Source: Felis catus (lineage: Eukaryota). From it: a DNA stretch of 64,000 nt. How positions within the stretch are numbered: position 1 is the stretch's first letter; the number at the start of each line of letters is the position of its first letter. The translations under genes and the position numbers were made by a program. Shown here piece by piece: positions 12,291-24,657 of this stretch. Under the pieces are notes generated by a model that saw nothing but the letters and a program-made list of their open reading frames with translations, was not told the origin of the DNA and did not search any database. The stretch covers positions 125,490,001 through 125,554,000 of the forward strand of contig NC_058368.1 in NCBI RefSeq assembly GCF_018350175.1, given 5' to 3'.

Positions 12291-12980
12291 ACATGAGAGC
12301 ATGGGCAATCAATTATGTCATTAGATTGGAGAGTTTCCTGAATAAATAGGTCTTGAGCAGAGTTTAAAGGAGATGGCCCTTTCTTTTGGGCATGGCAGAC
12401 AGGAGGGGGCAGTATCTTTATTCTGAGGGAAAAATTATAAAGATCTGCTAGGTTCTCACCCCTTAAGTCTTTGCCTCTACAGCTGGGTTAACAAAGACTT
12501 CTTGCAGCTGTAGGAACAATACCAACTGTAGGGAGAAAGAAAAGAAGGACCTGAGAACTTAGCATTGAATGAATGTCCTCACTTTTCAGCTTCGTGGTTC
12601 TACCTTATGTCTGTTTTTCTGATTCCTACGGTGTCTTCATAGTTTTTGTAATGACAGAATTTCGTGATTTGTTTCCAGCTTTTTACCCATCACCCCTCGC
12701 TACCACTCCTTTGTCACCTCCACCCCATGAAGTTTAACCTGAACCTACTATTGGGGGCCTGTGACCATATGCTATATTTTTCTGATACCATAAACCGTCC
12801 TGATTTTCTGGCAGCTGACATGCCTTCAGGTACCTGCTACATGAATCATGACCACTGGCCTCACCTGTTTGGGTTATATCCTCAATCAAGGTCTCATTTT
12901 GAACCAATAAATAGTATTTATGTGTTTACTCCATGAATCTTTCTCTTGGTTTTGTACTAATCTTTTGAACCGTAGTTCTT

Positions 12981-13205
12981 TTTTTTTTTTTAATTTTTTT
13001 TCCAACGTTTATTTATTTTTGGGACAGAGAGAGACAGAGCATGAACGGGGGAGGGGCAGAGAGAGAGGGAGACACAGAATCGGAAACAGGCTCCAGGCTC
13101 TGAGCCATCAGCCCAGAGCCTGACGCGGGGCTCGAACTCCCGGACCGCGAGATCGTGACCTGGTTGAAGTCAGACGCTTAACCAACTGCGCCACCCAGGC
13201 GCCCC
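12981..13205 (-). mobile_element. Young Can-SINE (SINEC_Fc)
   Basis: Near consensus; TSD tgaacCgtAgttctt / tgaacTgtGgttctt (12966-12980, 13206-13220). Confidence 0.98.
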
Positions 13206-13209
13206 TGAA

Positions 13210-13386
13210 CTGTGGTTCTTAAAGCAACTGCCTGTTAAAATTGCCTAAGGAGCTTTGTAAAATCTGTTTGCTCTTGGTGGGGTGCCCTCCAGATGAATGA
13301 AATCTGAATTTCTGAGAAGCATAGGCACCAGGATTTTTAAGCCTCCACCAGTTGTTCCAATAGGCAGATAGGGTTGAAAACCACTG
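13210..13386. mobile_element. MER5-family hAT MITE
   Basis: TIR-like ends ctgtggttctta / ttgaaaaccactg; internal aaatctgaatttctg and atttttaagcctcc. Confidence 0.7.
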
Positions 13387-13664
13387 TTTTAGACTACATT
13401 TTTTCATCCTTAGATTAGTTAACCTTTGCTGTGCTTCCATGTTCAGAACTGTGGCCTCTGCCCTGCCTCATGAGTTATATTGCAGTTTTCCCTGGGATGG
13501 CCTGGCTCACCACCAGATAACTTCAGATTATGATTAGGTTTTGGAGCCAAAAGGCTGAGAGGGATATCTGGAGACCCAAAGTAAGTCTTTTGTGGTTCTT
13601 TAGCCTGTAATTCTAATAAATGCAATCCATCAGCCTTGTCTTGAATAAGAAAGAACATCCTTTG

Positions 13665-13770
13665 TAGGCAGTCCTCAGCTTATGAATGGGTTGTGTTCCA
13701 AAGTTTGTTTGTGGTCAGTTGTTAGGTTTATAGAATTCAATTCCCATAGCAACAAAGTTACAAAAGAAAG
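13665..13770. mobile_element. Tigger/TcMar-type MITE end
   Basis: taggcagtcctcagcttatgaatgggttgtgttccaaagttt resembles a Tigger-family terminus. Confidence 0.45.
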
Positions 13771-16264
13771 TGGCAAGTCACCATAGTCTCCTGAATCTTT
13801 AAAAAACTGAACTTTAGAATTAACAGAGCCAAAGAATTGAGTCACTATTATTAGGTTGGAAGATGTGAAATTGACATTTTTGTATGTCAAAAATTATTGA
13901 ATATTGGCAATTATATATGGGTTCAACCTATAATATGTTTTACTTTAGGTAGGGGGAAAAAGTTTTAAGCAGTAGAGTGGAAAGTTCAGAAGACATTCAC
14001 CCTTATTGGGATTGTAAGAGGATCAGTATTCCCTTTCTGCCAACTGTCCCATCTCACTGCTTCTAGCCCAGGAAAATATAGGCAAGGCACATAGCCTTCC
14101 CAGCCAGCAGGTATACACATGAGGAGAGTCCTATCATGTATGGATTTTTACTGACCTAGATGATGAATTGGGGTGGGGCAAGGGAGTCTAACTGAGAAGC
14201 GGACCTTTGTCAGTCCTTTGTCAGCAAGCACCAGGAGAGCAGACATTAAGGTACTGTGTGGAAAACTCAGCCTTTCTTAGAGCCATCTCCTGGGGGTGGG
14301 GTGAGCCATAGCTGGGTTTTATTCAGGAGCAGGGCAGACTATAGGCATGGGCTGAAGAGTAGCATCAGTTTCACACTCATGAGTCACATGTCATCTGAGA
14401 GCATGTAGGTGAGGCCAGTGAAAGTTATTTGCTTTGATGAGTGATCAGTGTGTTCTGTGCATGAGTGAAACCATATGAGCCTCTGATCTGTGTGCTTTGT
14501 CTTACAATAGAAGCTGTGCATTTTAGACAATAGGTTGCTTTATGAGTCACAAACTTGCAATGTGTCCTTTTCCTTACTAATGCAGGAAAGTCCATTCTGT
14601 TTTTAGAGCTCATGATACATGCCTGACAGTAGATTCTTGGTAAGAATTGATTGGGAACCAAGCATTGTTGATTATTTTTCCATGAAGAGCTCAAAGATCA
14701 TGAAAGTGATTCTTCTGGAAGGAAATATAGCAGTCCCCAGAAAAATTTTCATACATTTGTATTACCTACAAAACCGATTACGAGAAAGCTCTATGTCCAT
14801 TTAGAAAACAGCTGTTTTCTTTATTTCAATGTTAATTGTGTCTCTTATAAAGAAGACACCCCGTACATTGATACTTATTCTATCTCCAGTAATCCAAGTT
14901 CCTATCTTGACTCTACATGGATTAACCTCTTATTTGTATCCAGCATTCATTCAATAAAGCAGTTTGATATTTGTATTTCTCCACATGAATTCCAGGTCAG
15001 CAGGAAAAATCTTTTGGTCCCACTTAGGTTGGATGTCTGAGGACAACTGAGGCTTCACATTCAGAAACGATGAGAATGGAAATAGGATATAAAAAAAGAA
15101 AAATATTTGATTGTGTAGACCACAAAGATTATGGAAACTCTTTTTTTCTCCTTAGCCAATCATAAATAAACCAACAAATCAAACTGGAGACCATGTCTAG
15201 GAGCCTTCACAATAGTCTGGGTCACATCTTTCAAAAAGAATGAGTGTAGCAGCAAACCAATGATTATAAATTCCATGAACCCTGAAAAATAGGCTGATCT
15301 CTTAGATTTTTCAAACAATTTCCATAATGTGTTTTCCTTTACCATCACGTTTTAATGCCATCTATTGCCTGTTTTCATGTGCGAGGTCAATTCTGAATCA
15401 CTTTATGCAATTATGCAAATATGGTTCCTATAAAGTACAGGAAAGTAATGTTGCTGTCAATCATTTTTGAAAGGCTTCTAGTGATAGAGTCTCTAGCCTA
15501 GGAAAACTGTATTGTTTTTCTCAATTGTTTAATGTATTTTATGTAAAATTTGTAGACATCTTTAAAAGTAGTTTCTAATATACCCCTTTCAAAGGTTTGT
15601 TTATTTTATAAGATGCTTTGGAATGGCCTTTAGTTTTTTTAGTTTGTGGTGAGCACGGCTAATTGGCTATTTCCAGAGTAGGACCAATCTGACTGCAGTT
15701 CTGTTTCTGCATACTGGTGCCAGCAAAACACAGACACACACTCTTATGCTCTCTGTGATAACCTTTTGTCCTGGCCCCAGGCAAGAGGAGGAGTCACGTG
15801 AGGCTTTCTCATCTTCCTTCTGTGGTCATACAGCATATACAGTAGTCGACATGGGCTGATCTGTGGCACGACATGGGAAGTGATGTCATACCAGTACTGT
15901 TGTTTAATACTTGTGTGTGTCCAGGACTGAGGTGGAGGCTGGAGAGAGAGATAAGAAGAGAAAATGTTTTCTCTCTAGAGCCTAGTCAGAAGATTGTACC
16001 CATCTCCAGAGGCTGTATTTGGCCTGCTCAGAAAACAGAATGTTTAGATAAAAAGGGCAGAGGTGCAACATTTAAAAAATAGAAAGTGAACTGATTTTAG
16101 CCATAATAAGTGAAATAGATAGATGATATTGAAGGGATAAACATTTAGCAGATGAGAACTATAAACAAAATGAACATTGGGCAAATTTGTAGGCAGTAGC
16201 AAAGATAAAGGCCATGTTCAAGAGCAACAGAACATCACAGAATGGCACAGAACAGCCGGCAGAC

Positions 16265-17640
16265 TCAATTATTCAATTAACATGTACTTACTGAGTGGTT
16301 GCTGTGACTCAAGCACTGTGGCAAGCACTGGAATACAGCAGTGAACAACAAGACAGACAAGGTCCCTTGGAGACTACATGCTAATGGGGAGGCAGAAGAT
16401 AAATAAGTAAATGGGTAAATAAATCCATTCATGGATAAATGTATGCAGACAGATAAGAATTATTGTTATAATAATTAAAATAATATAACTCCAGATGATA
16501 AAAAGGGCTCTGAAGAATTTAAAGTAAGATAAGGGAATGGAGCCTGGGGTGATTGAGGTTAGCTGTAGACATTCAGCTAGGACACTCGAGGACATGTGCT
16601 TTAAGGAAGCTCCATTTGAGCAGAAAGACCTCAGTTATATGAAGGGGTACGCCCTGGTGAACATTATGGGGAATAACATCCCAGGAGGAAAAACAGCTAT
16701 TATACAGTTGAGGCAGGAACAAGCTTGAGACATACCTGGAAGCAGCAAGAAGACCTGGGTGCATGGATGAGAGTGAGTGTGGGAAGAGGAGTAGTTGATG
16801 AGGCCCAAGGAGTAGGCAGGTCTGGGTTTTGTTAGGGCACTGTAGGCCCCTCCCTGGATTGTATTCTGAGTGGCATGTAAATCCAGTGAAGGATCTGAAC
16901 GGGGCGGGGGTGGGGGGGGTGGGGATTGGTGTAATTTGATTCACTTTTAGATGTTCTGACTGGCTGCTACATCAAGACTAGACTGAAGGAAGAAAGGAGC
17001 CAAAGTCAGGAGACTCATTAAGTTTTGGCAGCTGCAGCTGTGTGAGTGGGCAATGGTTGGGGCTGGGATCACAGTAGGATTGATGGTGGTAGTTAAGAAG
17101 GTTTGTACTTGAAGCATATTTTGAAGATACTGTCAACAGGATTTTCATCATTGTATAAGATGTTAGAGGAATCAGAATGATTCCTGGGTTTCTGGACTGA
17201 ACAATTATGTGTAAGGAATTCAGTTTATTGGGACTGATGTTTCAGATATGTTAAGTTTGAAATGCCTGATAGATGCCAACTGGTGATGTCAAAAAAGGGA
17301 CAGATACACAAACCAGGAACTTAGGAGAGAGGCTGAACTAGAGATGTACATTTTGGGGGCGTAAGTGTATAAACGTCATGTAAAGTCATAAGTCTGTATG
17401 AGATAAACTTGGGGATAATGGAGAGGGAGGACAATGTCCTAGAGCATTCCAAGATTTAGGAGTCAGAAACAGGAGGAGCAAAAGAGACTGAGAAGCACTT
17501 GCCAGTATCCAAAGTGCAGAGCCCCAGCAAATGGGTGGAGACAGTGTTTTAAGAATGAGGGAGCTATCAACTCAGGCAGATGCTGTGGAGAGGAAGAGCA
17601 AGTGGTGGTAGAGATGCATCAGTAGATTTGGCCAGATGGA
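16265..17640 (-). mobile_element. L2 LINE, about 1.4 kb of the 3' portion
   Basis: attcaattaacatgtacttactgag tail; gaatacagcagtgaacaacaagacagacaaggtccct; gatatgttaagtttgaaatgcct. Confidence 0.85.
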
Positions 17641-18020
17641 TGGAGATCTCTTTCTGTCTCTCTGTCTCTATATATGTATACACATATACATATGCCCATA
17701 CATCCACACACACATAAATTGAGTAACATTATCACAATACCTCCTTTTAATGTATTTTTGCAGACTAAAACAAAACCTATTGAATTGTGGATTGACAATG
17801 TATTAGCTCTTTAAGAAAAATTCAGAAATTCACATATTCATGAGATATGTGGTACCTCATATTTCATGAGTCATCAAAGACATACTGGGGAAAGTACTCA
17901 TTTTTATTAGAATTTTATTGTAATACCTGATGAAATGAATATGCTTTCATTTATTTTGATCTCCTTTGATAAGTTCATAGGGGATGTGGATACAATTGTT
18001 CTCTCTAGTAGAACTCAACT

Positions 18021-18095
18021 ATTTTCACAATATATACATATATCAAATTATATGTTGTACACCTGAAACCAATGTAATGTTTTATTTCAAAAAAA
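18021..18095 (+). mobile_element. L1 extreme 3' fragment
   Basis: tttcacaatatatacatatatcaaattatatgttgtacacctgaaacc followed by an A-tract. Confidence 0.6.
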
Positions 18096-18204
18096 TCACA
18101 AAATGAAGGAACTCACGTATCATGACCCTATTCAGAATCAGAATGATATTAAAATTTAAGAGCTAATGGGTGAAAGGCACAAAAGGGTCTTACTATTTGA
18201 AACA

Positions 18205-18420
18205 GAAGAGCTATTTGATGTAATAAAAAGGGCATTGCTGAATGTAGCTCCATGATTTACTCTTTGTTCTTCTATGAGTTTGTGGAGCCTCAGTTTTCCA
18301 CTCTATCAAATGGAGAGAAATAGCACTTATTTCATATGGTGGAGAGGATTGAATAAGGTAACATATATAAAGCACATAGTGCATGCCTAAGACCGAATAG
18401 GAATTTGCATCATGTTCCTT
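18205..18420 (+). mobile_element. MIR
   Basis: gagcctcagttttccactctatcaaatggag core; gaggattgaataaggtaacatatataaagcac. Confidence 0.7.
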
Positions 18421-19704
18421 ATTCTCCTTTTTGTAAGCCTTAAAGATAGAGCAGCAGGGCTAGGATCAGAGTCCTGGTCTTCTGAGTTGATTTGTAAACT
18501 TCCTCTTTTTCCAATAGTTTTTGACTTTGCTCACACCTTAGAAACTGAATTTCTCTAGTGAACATCATGGCCATGTGTGCAGCTGAAGGAAAAGAGGCAT
18601 CTTGCTGCCTATGTCTTGGCTCTGCAATTGCGGTCACTGGGACTCTCACACAGGGCCTGTTTGTGACATGAGAGCACTCTGAAGATAGTCAGAAAGAGGC
18701 TTCCCTATTCTTCAAGAAGTTCTCATGAAATACGGGCATCAGTGCTCGCTTGTGTTGGGACATTCAAATAAGAATCAGTGTGTAACAGTCACTGTGTTCC
18801 AAAATTACTGGTTTTCCACAGCACTTAGGGATCAGTGGATGTTTTCTTAACAGATACATGATCTGGTCAAGGTAATGAAGTCTGTCATCATTCCCTTGTC
18901 TTCCAGCCAGTGTAGACTACTTATACATATTTTTAAATCATGTACTTTGTGCATTCTCGTCTCTATATTTTTGCCTGTAACTTCCCTGATTTCCCTCTCT
19001 TCCTCTCTCCACCCGCTGGAAATCATTTTGCACTCCCTTTGACACTCTGTAATGTATCCATCCTCAGAAGTTAGCTGTGTTCCAACATTTTTCTGGAAAT
19101 CCCAACACAAAAGAGAGCTCTCCCTCCTCAGAACAATGGGTAACTGTTCATTTTACAGGATACAACTATGCAAAGTTGACAGAAAGACAATCACTGCCCA
19201 CAAATTCCCCTGTGGCTGACCATTCTTCTAAAATTTATAGTTATAACATGCAGGCCTCTTTATGGGTCATCTTAGGTTTCGTAATGGTAGAAATAAAACA
19301 CAGGGGCCTGTATTATTTCTGTTCACAAAATATATCCAGCATCATGGATACAAAGCAGCATAGACAAAGGATATCTCTGAGCCACTCTGCCCCATGAGTG
19401 GGTGATGGCTTGGGGATGGCTCATGGCAGTGCTGTAATTAGTCCCATGGAAGTGAGGAATCTGTGAGGTCTAGGGTCCCCCTAGATGAAAGGTTTTATGC
19501 TTGTCTCACTGGAAAGAATATGTCATTTCAGAAACATCTCCTGCTCTCCTGTAAATCAATGAATCTGATACTTAGTAAACCTAGAAGGCAATCCTAAAAT
19601 GAAAGCTGAATTATGAATCCATATTGGCGAGTGTGGAGTTTTGCTCAGTGCCTGTACCCCCAGGTTGATGAAGCCCAGAGGAGCCATAGTGAAAGCTGAT
19701 GTGG

Positions 19705-19840
19705 TAGGTTGCTGTGCAAAGAGCATGTGCAGTGGGAGCAGATAGATTCAAATTCAAAACTTGACTCTTGACTCAATAACTAGCTCTGTGTTCTTGGGCA
19801 AGAGAATCGATCTCTGTGACCTCAGCCTCTGTTAAATAGT
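19705..19840 (+). mobile_element. MIR fragment
   Basis: aactagctctgtgttcttgggcaag...cctcagcctc. Confidence 0.6.
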
Positions 19841-20254
19841 GGCAAATTTATTCTCTGCATGGCTTTGCCTGGGCACACTCACATCACTACATTTAGCTGG
19901 TTCATCAGTTGAGGGCTGGTTTCTATTTTCAAATGTGCCTCATTCTTTTTGAAATTTTAGCTGAGGGAAAACCAGAAATGTAGGGACTCAAACGAGAAAC
20001 AGAGTCTGTATGATACTCTGCCTGTTTCCACTCACTGTACCCAAATGGACACTCACAGGACCTAGGAAGCTGGATGAGGAAGGATTGCTGATAGCTGAGT
20101 TGAAATCAAGCCCACGCAGGTCTGCAAGGTGGAGATGGTCACTGTGGCAACACCATGTTGAGTGGCTATGAAGTTATTTCTCTCAGGGCAAGCTGATGGT
20201 TGCAAAACTATTAAAAACATTTCTCCCTTAGATATCTAGCACTAATTTCTTAAA

Positions 20255-20390
20255 AATGAAATCTTTCTGAACCTAGTGTTATCATTTGTAAAATATAGAT
20301 AATAATGCCTCCCTCTCAGGATGGCTGTGAGGATTCACAACAATAAAGCTTAAATGCCTCACACATATTAGGTATTCAGTAAATAATAGT
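20255..20390 (+). mobile_element. MIR 3' half
   Basis: tcatttgtaaaatatagataataatgcct...ggctgtgaggatt...attcagtaaat. Confidence 0.65.
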
Positions 20391-21371
20391 TTCATCTAAA
20401 GGGACAAGGTTGAGTATGAAAGGAAATGCATGCTGGGAGATACCAGAGTTCATGGTTGTGAGTGTGTGTGTGTTTCCTATTTATGTAGGAACTGTGTTCT
20501 TATAGGAACATTGATAGGATTAGCCTAACACAATTTTCCTATCATTGAAGAACTGTGTAATGTTGGCTGTTTCACTACTATCCATTCTGACAAGTGACTT
20601 GGTTTACTGAGTCACCATGTTGCATCTGGTCACTGCTGTCCTTAGAAGGCTTGTCTGGGTGGATGAAGGATGTGAGCACCCTGCTACTATTGCCATCTTT
20701 TCTATTTTCTTGCCCCCAAACCAGAGCTTTGGGTGTGGTCTCTGATAAAGTGGAGGCAGTGGTGGGTGTGGCGTCACCACTGTGGGTCAGTCAGTCCCCA
20801 TGTGCTTCTGATACTCCCTCTGAGGTAAGTGGAGCCACATTTTTTTCCTGGCAGCTGCAAAGCCTAAGCTTCAGCAGAGAGCTTTGAAGTTTCCTGGGGA
20901 GAAAAGGCATTCTATAAAGAGAAGGAATTATTATTGCTTCCTGACTTTGGTGAGTTAGCAATGGTCTGGTGAATTTGGAAAGCAGCAGTTGGCCTCACAT
21001 TCAATTGTCTTGACTTATTTTTAATCAAAAATGAAAACGCCTCTTCATTAAATATGATTAAAAAAAACAAACAAAATAATTTAGGAAAACGAAGCCCTTC
21101 TTTTTTTTTTATCAGAGCTGCACAAATACATATTTGGGAATCAGAAGTAAATAAAAACAGATGAAAAACGGGTGTGATTTTATAACTGTCTTACAGCATG
21201 CAGCCAGAATTTAAATAATATTAAACTTATTGACATGCTTTTTTGGTGCATCCTAAGAATTTGTTTTTATACCCTCTTCTCTTTTTGAATAGGCCTTGGG
21301 GTGGGGATTGTTTGCTTTAAGACTGACCCAAATTCAGTCTTCCAACTTTTCCCCTTAATGTTACTGCATTG

Positions 21372-21418
21372 CTCTTCTCCCTCTCCCTCTTCCTCCTCCT
21401 TCTCCTCCTCCTCCTCCT
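21372..21418. repeat. (CCT)n-rich polypyrimidine tract
   Basis: ctcttctccctctccctcttcctcctccttctcctcctcctcctcct. Confidence 0.85.
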
Positions 21419-21629
21419 TGCCCTTATAGTGGGTATTTCCTTCTTTTCTGTCTCTGTGTGAGAAATTGTTCTCTTCCCCAGTTGCATGAACAATGTGGTT
21501 GTATTGCTTTTTCCTGGCAACAAGAACGATCATGTGTAGATATGAATGTTATGAATGTGAGTTTTATATGGGCTTTTAGCTGATGTAAAGGAGACAGAGC
21601 AGAATATCTGGTGTAGCTGCATCAGTATT

Positions 21630-22000
21630 AGCTACCACTTATCAGGCTTCTGTGGTATACAAAGCATCCTGTTAGGTGAGATGGTATATTTCAAAATATA
21701 CAGGACACTGAGTATTTGCAAAGTGTATCACAAAGGATTCAGACAATGGTTCTCCTCACTGGAATGATCAGGAGGCGAGTCTTCATTCAAGAGCAGGATT
21801 CATCTGTACCTTGAAGGGCATGTAGACTTCACGAGGTGGAGAGGAGGAGGAAGGCTGTTCCAGGCAGAGGGACTGCAGAAAGTTATGAAGGTCGAGAATG
21901 GGGAGGTGAACTGGGGGACAGTGCACAGACTCTTAAACTAGAGCAGAATTAGAGTCAGGAGCTGGGAAGATGAGTTGAGAACAGTGAGTTGGGAAAGGCA
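21630..22000 (-). mobile_element. L2 fragment
   Basis: ccttgaagggcatgtagac...aaggctgttccaggcagaggga. Confidence 0.5.
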
Positions 22001-22279
22001 AGGGTTGAGAGGCAGAAACAGATAGAAAATCTGGGAAAGGAGACCAAGGTCAAACATCTAAAAACAAGACCCTAATTTAAATTAGGGATCAAAGATTCAG
22101 GGATAATGGAGCCAACAGAATAGAAAATTAGGCAGAGTTGGAATTAGAAGATAGCCTTACATTAAAGGCAGAATTGGGAAGGGGGTAAAGGGCTGTCTTT
22201 CCTTCCTGACCTTATACACTGGCCTTTCCCTCTTTTTGCCTTCACGCTGATAATGATTCAAGTCTCTTGAGGACACTTG

Positions 22280-22480
22280 AACCTGGTGATTAAGCACATG
22301 GATTTTGTTATTCCTGGGTCTACCAATAACAGCTCTGTGATCTGGGGCAAATTAACCAATCTGTGCTTCAACTTCAGCAAAATGGGGCAAAATAATAGTA
22401 CTTACGTCAGGATTGTTGAGACAATGAAGAGAGTCAGGGCACATGAAGTGCTCAGTTACTCCTTGGGCATTGACCATAAT
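22280..22480 (+). mobile_element. MIR
   Basis: cagctctgtgatctggggcaaattaaccaatctgtgcttcaacttcagcaaaatgggg. Confidence 0.7.
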
Positions 22481-22749
22481 TATTGGGGCTCTCTTTTGCC
22501 ACATTTCCTGGAAACTGGACCTCGGAGCTGTGACATGCACTCTACCCAGGGTTGCTGTATTCTGGTAGTTTCTAGGTAACATTTAAAGAAAGTGTGTAGG
22601 TTTGAGTGTAACTGAAATATGGCGACACTATGAACAGCTCGTAAGGCTACTCGTGAACTGAGAAGGCATCACTTATTTTCTGTAGGCAGAATGCTGTACC
22701 TTGGATCACGCTTCTATGGGGAAAGGAAATTAGATTCAGTGACTGACAG

Positions 22750-22900
22750 TACTAGGTGCTTTCCCATACCCCACCTCATTTACTTCTTACCACTCCTCCA
22801 GGAGAAAGGAATCACTATTCTCACTTTGCAGACAAGGACACAAACTGAGAGCCATTAGGTTACATGTCTCCAGGCAAATAACTAGTAAGCAACTCCTGAA
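22750..22900 (-). mobile_element. MIR fragment
   Basis: ctattctcactttgcagacaagga...aaactgagag...ctagtaag. Confidence 0.5.
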
Positions 22901-23939
22901 CTATGTCCTCTGTAATGAAAACATTAAAAACAATGCTATGTCTCTCTCCCTCCAAGAAAGACAAGGATTTTTATCTTGAAATATTAGAGGACCTGGGTGA
23001 TTGCTCAGCATATATTCCTAACCTCCACCCCAATGATTATGGTTCCTGAATCTCTACTGATCACAACAGATGATAGATGAAGAATGTCCTCTGGGTAGTG
23101 GCAAACCACTCCGAACAACTTAGGCAGTTTGTTCATAAATTAAGGGCATAGATGTCAACACTGCCTTTCCCTGCCTATGGGATGGAGAAACAGATTTCCT
23201 CAGGAGGTAAACTGGAGTGTGAGGGTACAGTTTGTAAAACCACGTCACTGAGCTAGATTCTTTTGAGGACCAGTTCATTTTGAAAAATTTTTTAAGAGCC
23301 AGAAAAGGTTTTTGGTATAGTAGTTAGTGACAATTTAAATGGTGAAAATAGGATGCCCTGCCTGGACCCTCACCCTTCAGTAGTTTGGGCTCCCAATTGG
23401 ACATCAGCCTTAGGAGATTCTTAGTTGATTCTGCATTAGCTATCAGAGAACCCTCCCTCCTGGTTTGTCACTGGTGTATGTGTGGAGGAGAAGAGAGTCT
23501 GTGTATCTGAGGCTACCCTCCTGGGGACTCATGTCACATTTACCTGAGGGGAGAGTGAAGAAGGTGATGGTCCTGTCTGTAGCTTAGCTCTGGGGTTCCC
23601 CCCACCTCTGCCATCTGCTTTCCTGTTAGAGAAGGGCAGGGGTGAGCCTGGTTAGAGTGTGATTCTGGGAAGGAGGCCTGGGATTCAGGCCTCAAGGTTA
23701 GTTATTGCCGATGTCTTTCATACATGGAGTGAGCCTTAAACCCATCATGTTAGGCACCAAAATATCACCGTATGCTGTAAAACTCTGGCCAGCTACTCCC
23801 TGTTCAAGCTCATAAGCTGAAGAGTTTTCTTTAAAATGTCTGCTCTTAAATTTTGACAGGAATTTTTAGTCAAGGCAAGGTGATTTTTAATTCCAAAGTA
23901 TATTTGAATGGAAAACACATCTTCAAAGAAAAATAACTA

Positions 23940-24140
23940 AAGAGCTACCAAAAGGCATAATGTGAAAACTGTGTTTTCTATACACCAGTTGCCCAAACCC
24001 CTAATTTCCCACTTCTGAGGTCATCACTGTTACTGTTTCTTGCTCTATTTTCTAGAGATATTCTGTATACAAACAAGACTATATAGATAAAGATCTTGTT
24101 TTTATTTTTGTTTTTTGGTTTCTTTTTTTCCTCTTTCCTG
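23940..24140 (-). mobile_element. Old L1 (L1ME-like) 3' UTR fragment
   Basis: gaggtcatcactgttactgtttcttg...ttctagagatattctgtatac. Confidence 0.4.
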
Positions 24141-24206
24141 TTTTATACATATGAATGTGCTTCAATTTTTCTTTCTTTTAACATATTATTTTGTATGGAA
24201 ATTCAG

Positions 24207-24628
24207 TGTATTAGTCAGGGTTTTCCAGTAAGATATATTATAAGGAATTATAATTATTTATTACAAGGAATTGTCTCACTTGGTTATGGGGGCTGGCAAG
24301 TCCCAAGATCTGCAATCAGCAAGACACAGTGAGAGACATTTCAGTCTGAGACTTAAGGCTGGAAGAGACCAGCGTCCAGCTCAAATAGTCAGGTAGGAGG
24401 TATCCCCCTTATTTGTGGTAAGGTTGGGCCTCATTGTTCTATTTGGGCCTTCAAGTGACTGGATGAGGACTTCCCACATTAGGGAGGGCAATCTACTTTA
24501 TGCACTTTACCAATTCAGATATTACTGTCACCCCAAAACACCCCACAGGCACACCCAAAATAATGTTTGACCAAATATCTGCGAACTTCATGGCCTGATC
24601 AAATTGACACATAAAGTTAACTATCACA
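24207..24628 (-). mobile_element. MLT2 (ERV-L) solo LTR
   Basis: tgtattagtcagggttttccag ... ggctggcaagtcccaagatctgca ... aaattgacacataaagttaactatcaca. Confidence 0.9.
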
Positions 24629-24657
24629 ACCTGTCTTCTTTTTTAATTATACTTTTA

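Noticed and set aside
15160..15348. Minus-strand exon candidate after cctatttttcAG
   Set aside because: Frames stop without a good donor and the peptide is not recognisable.
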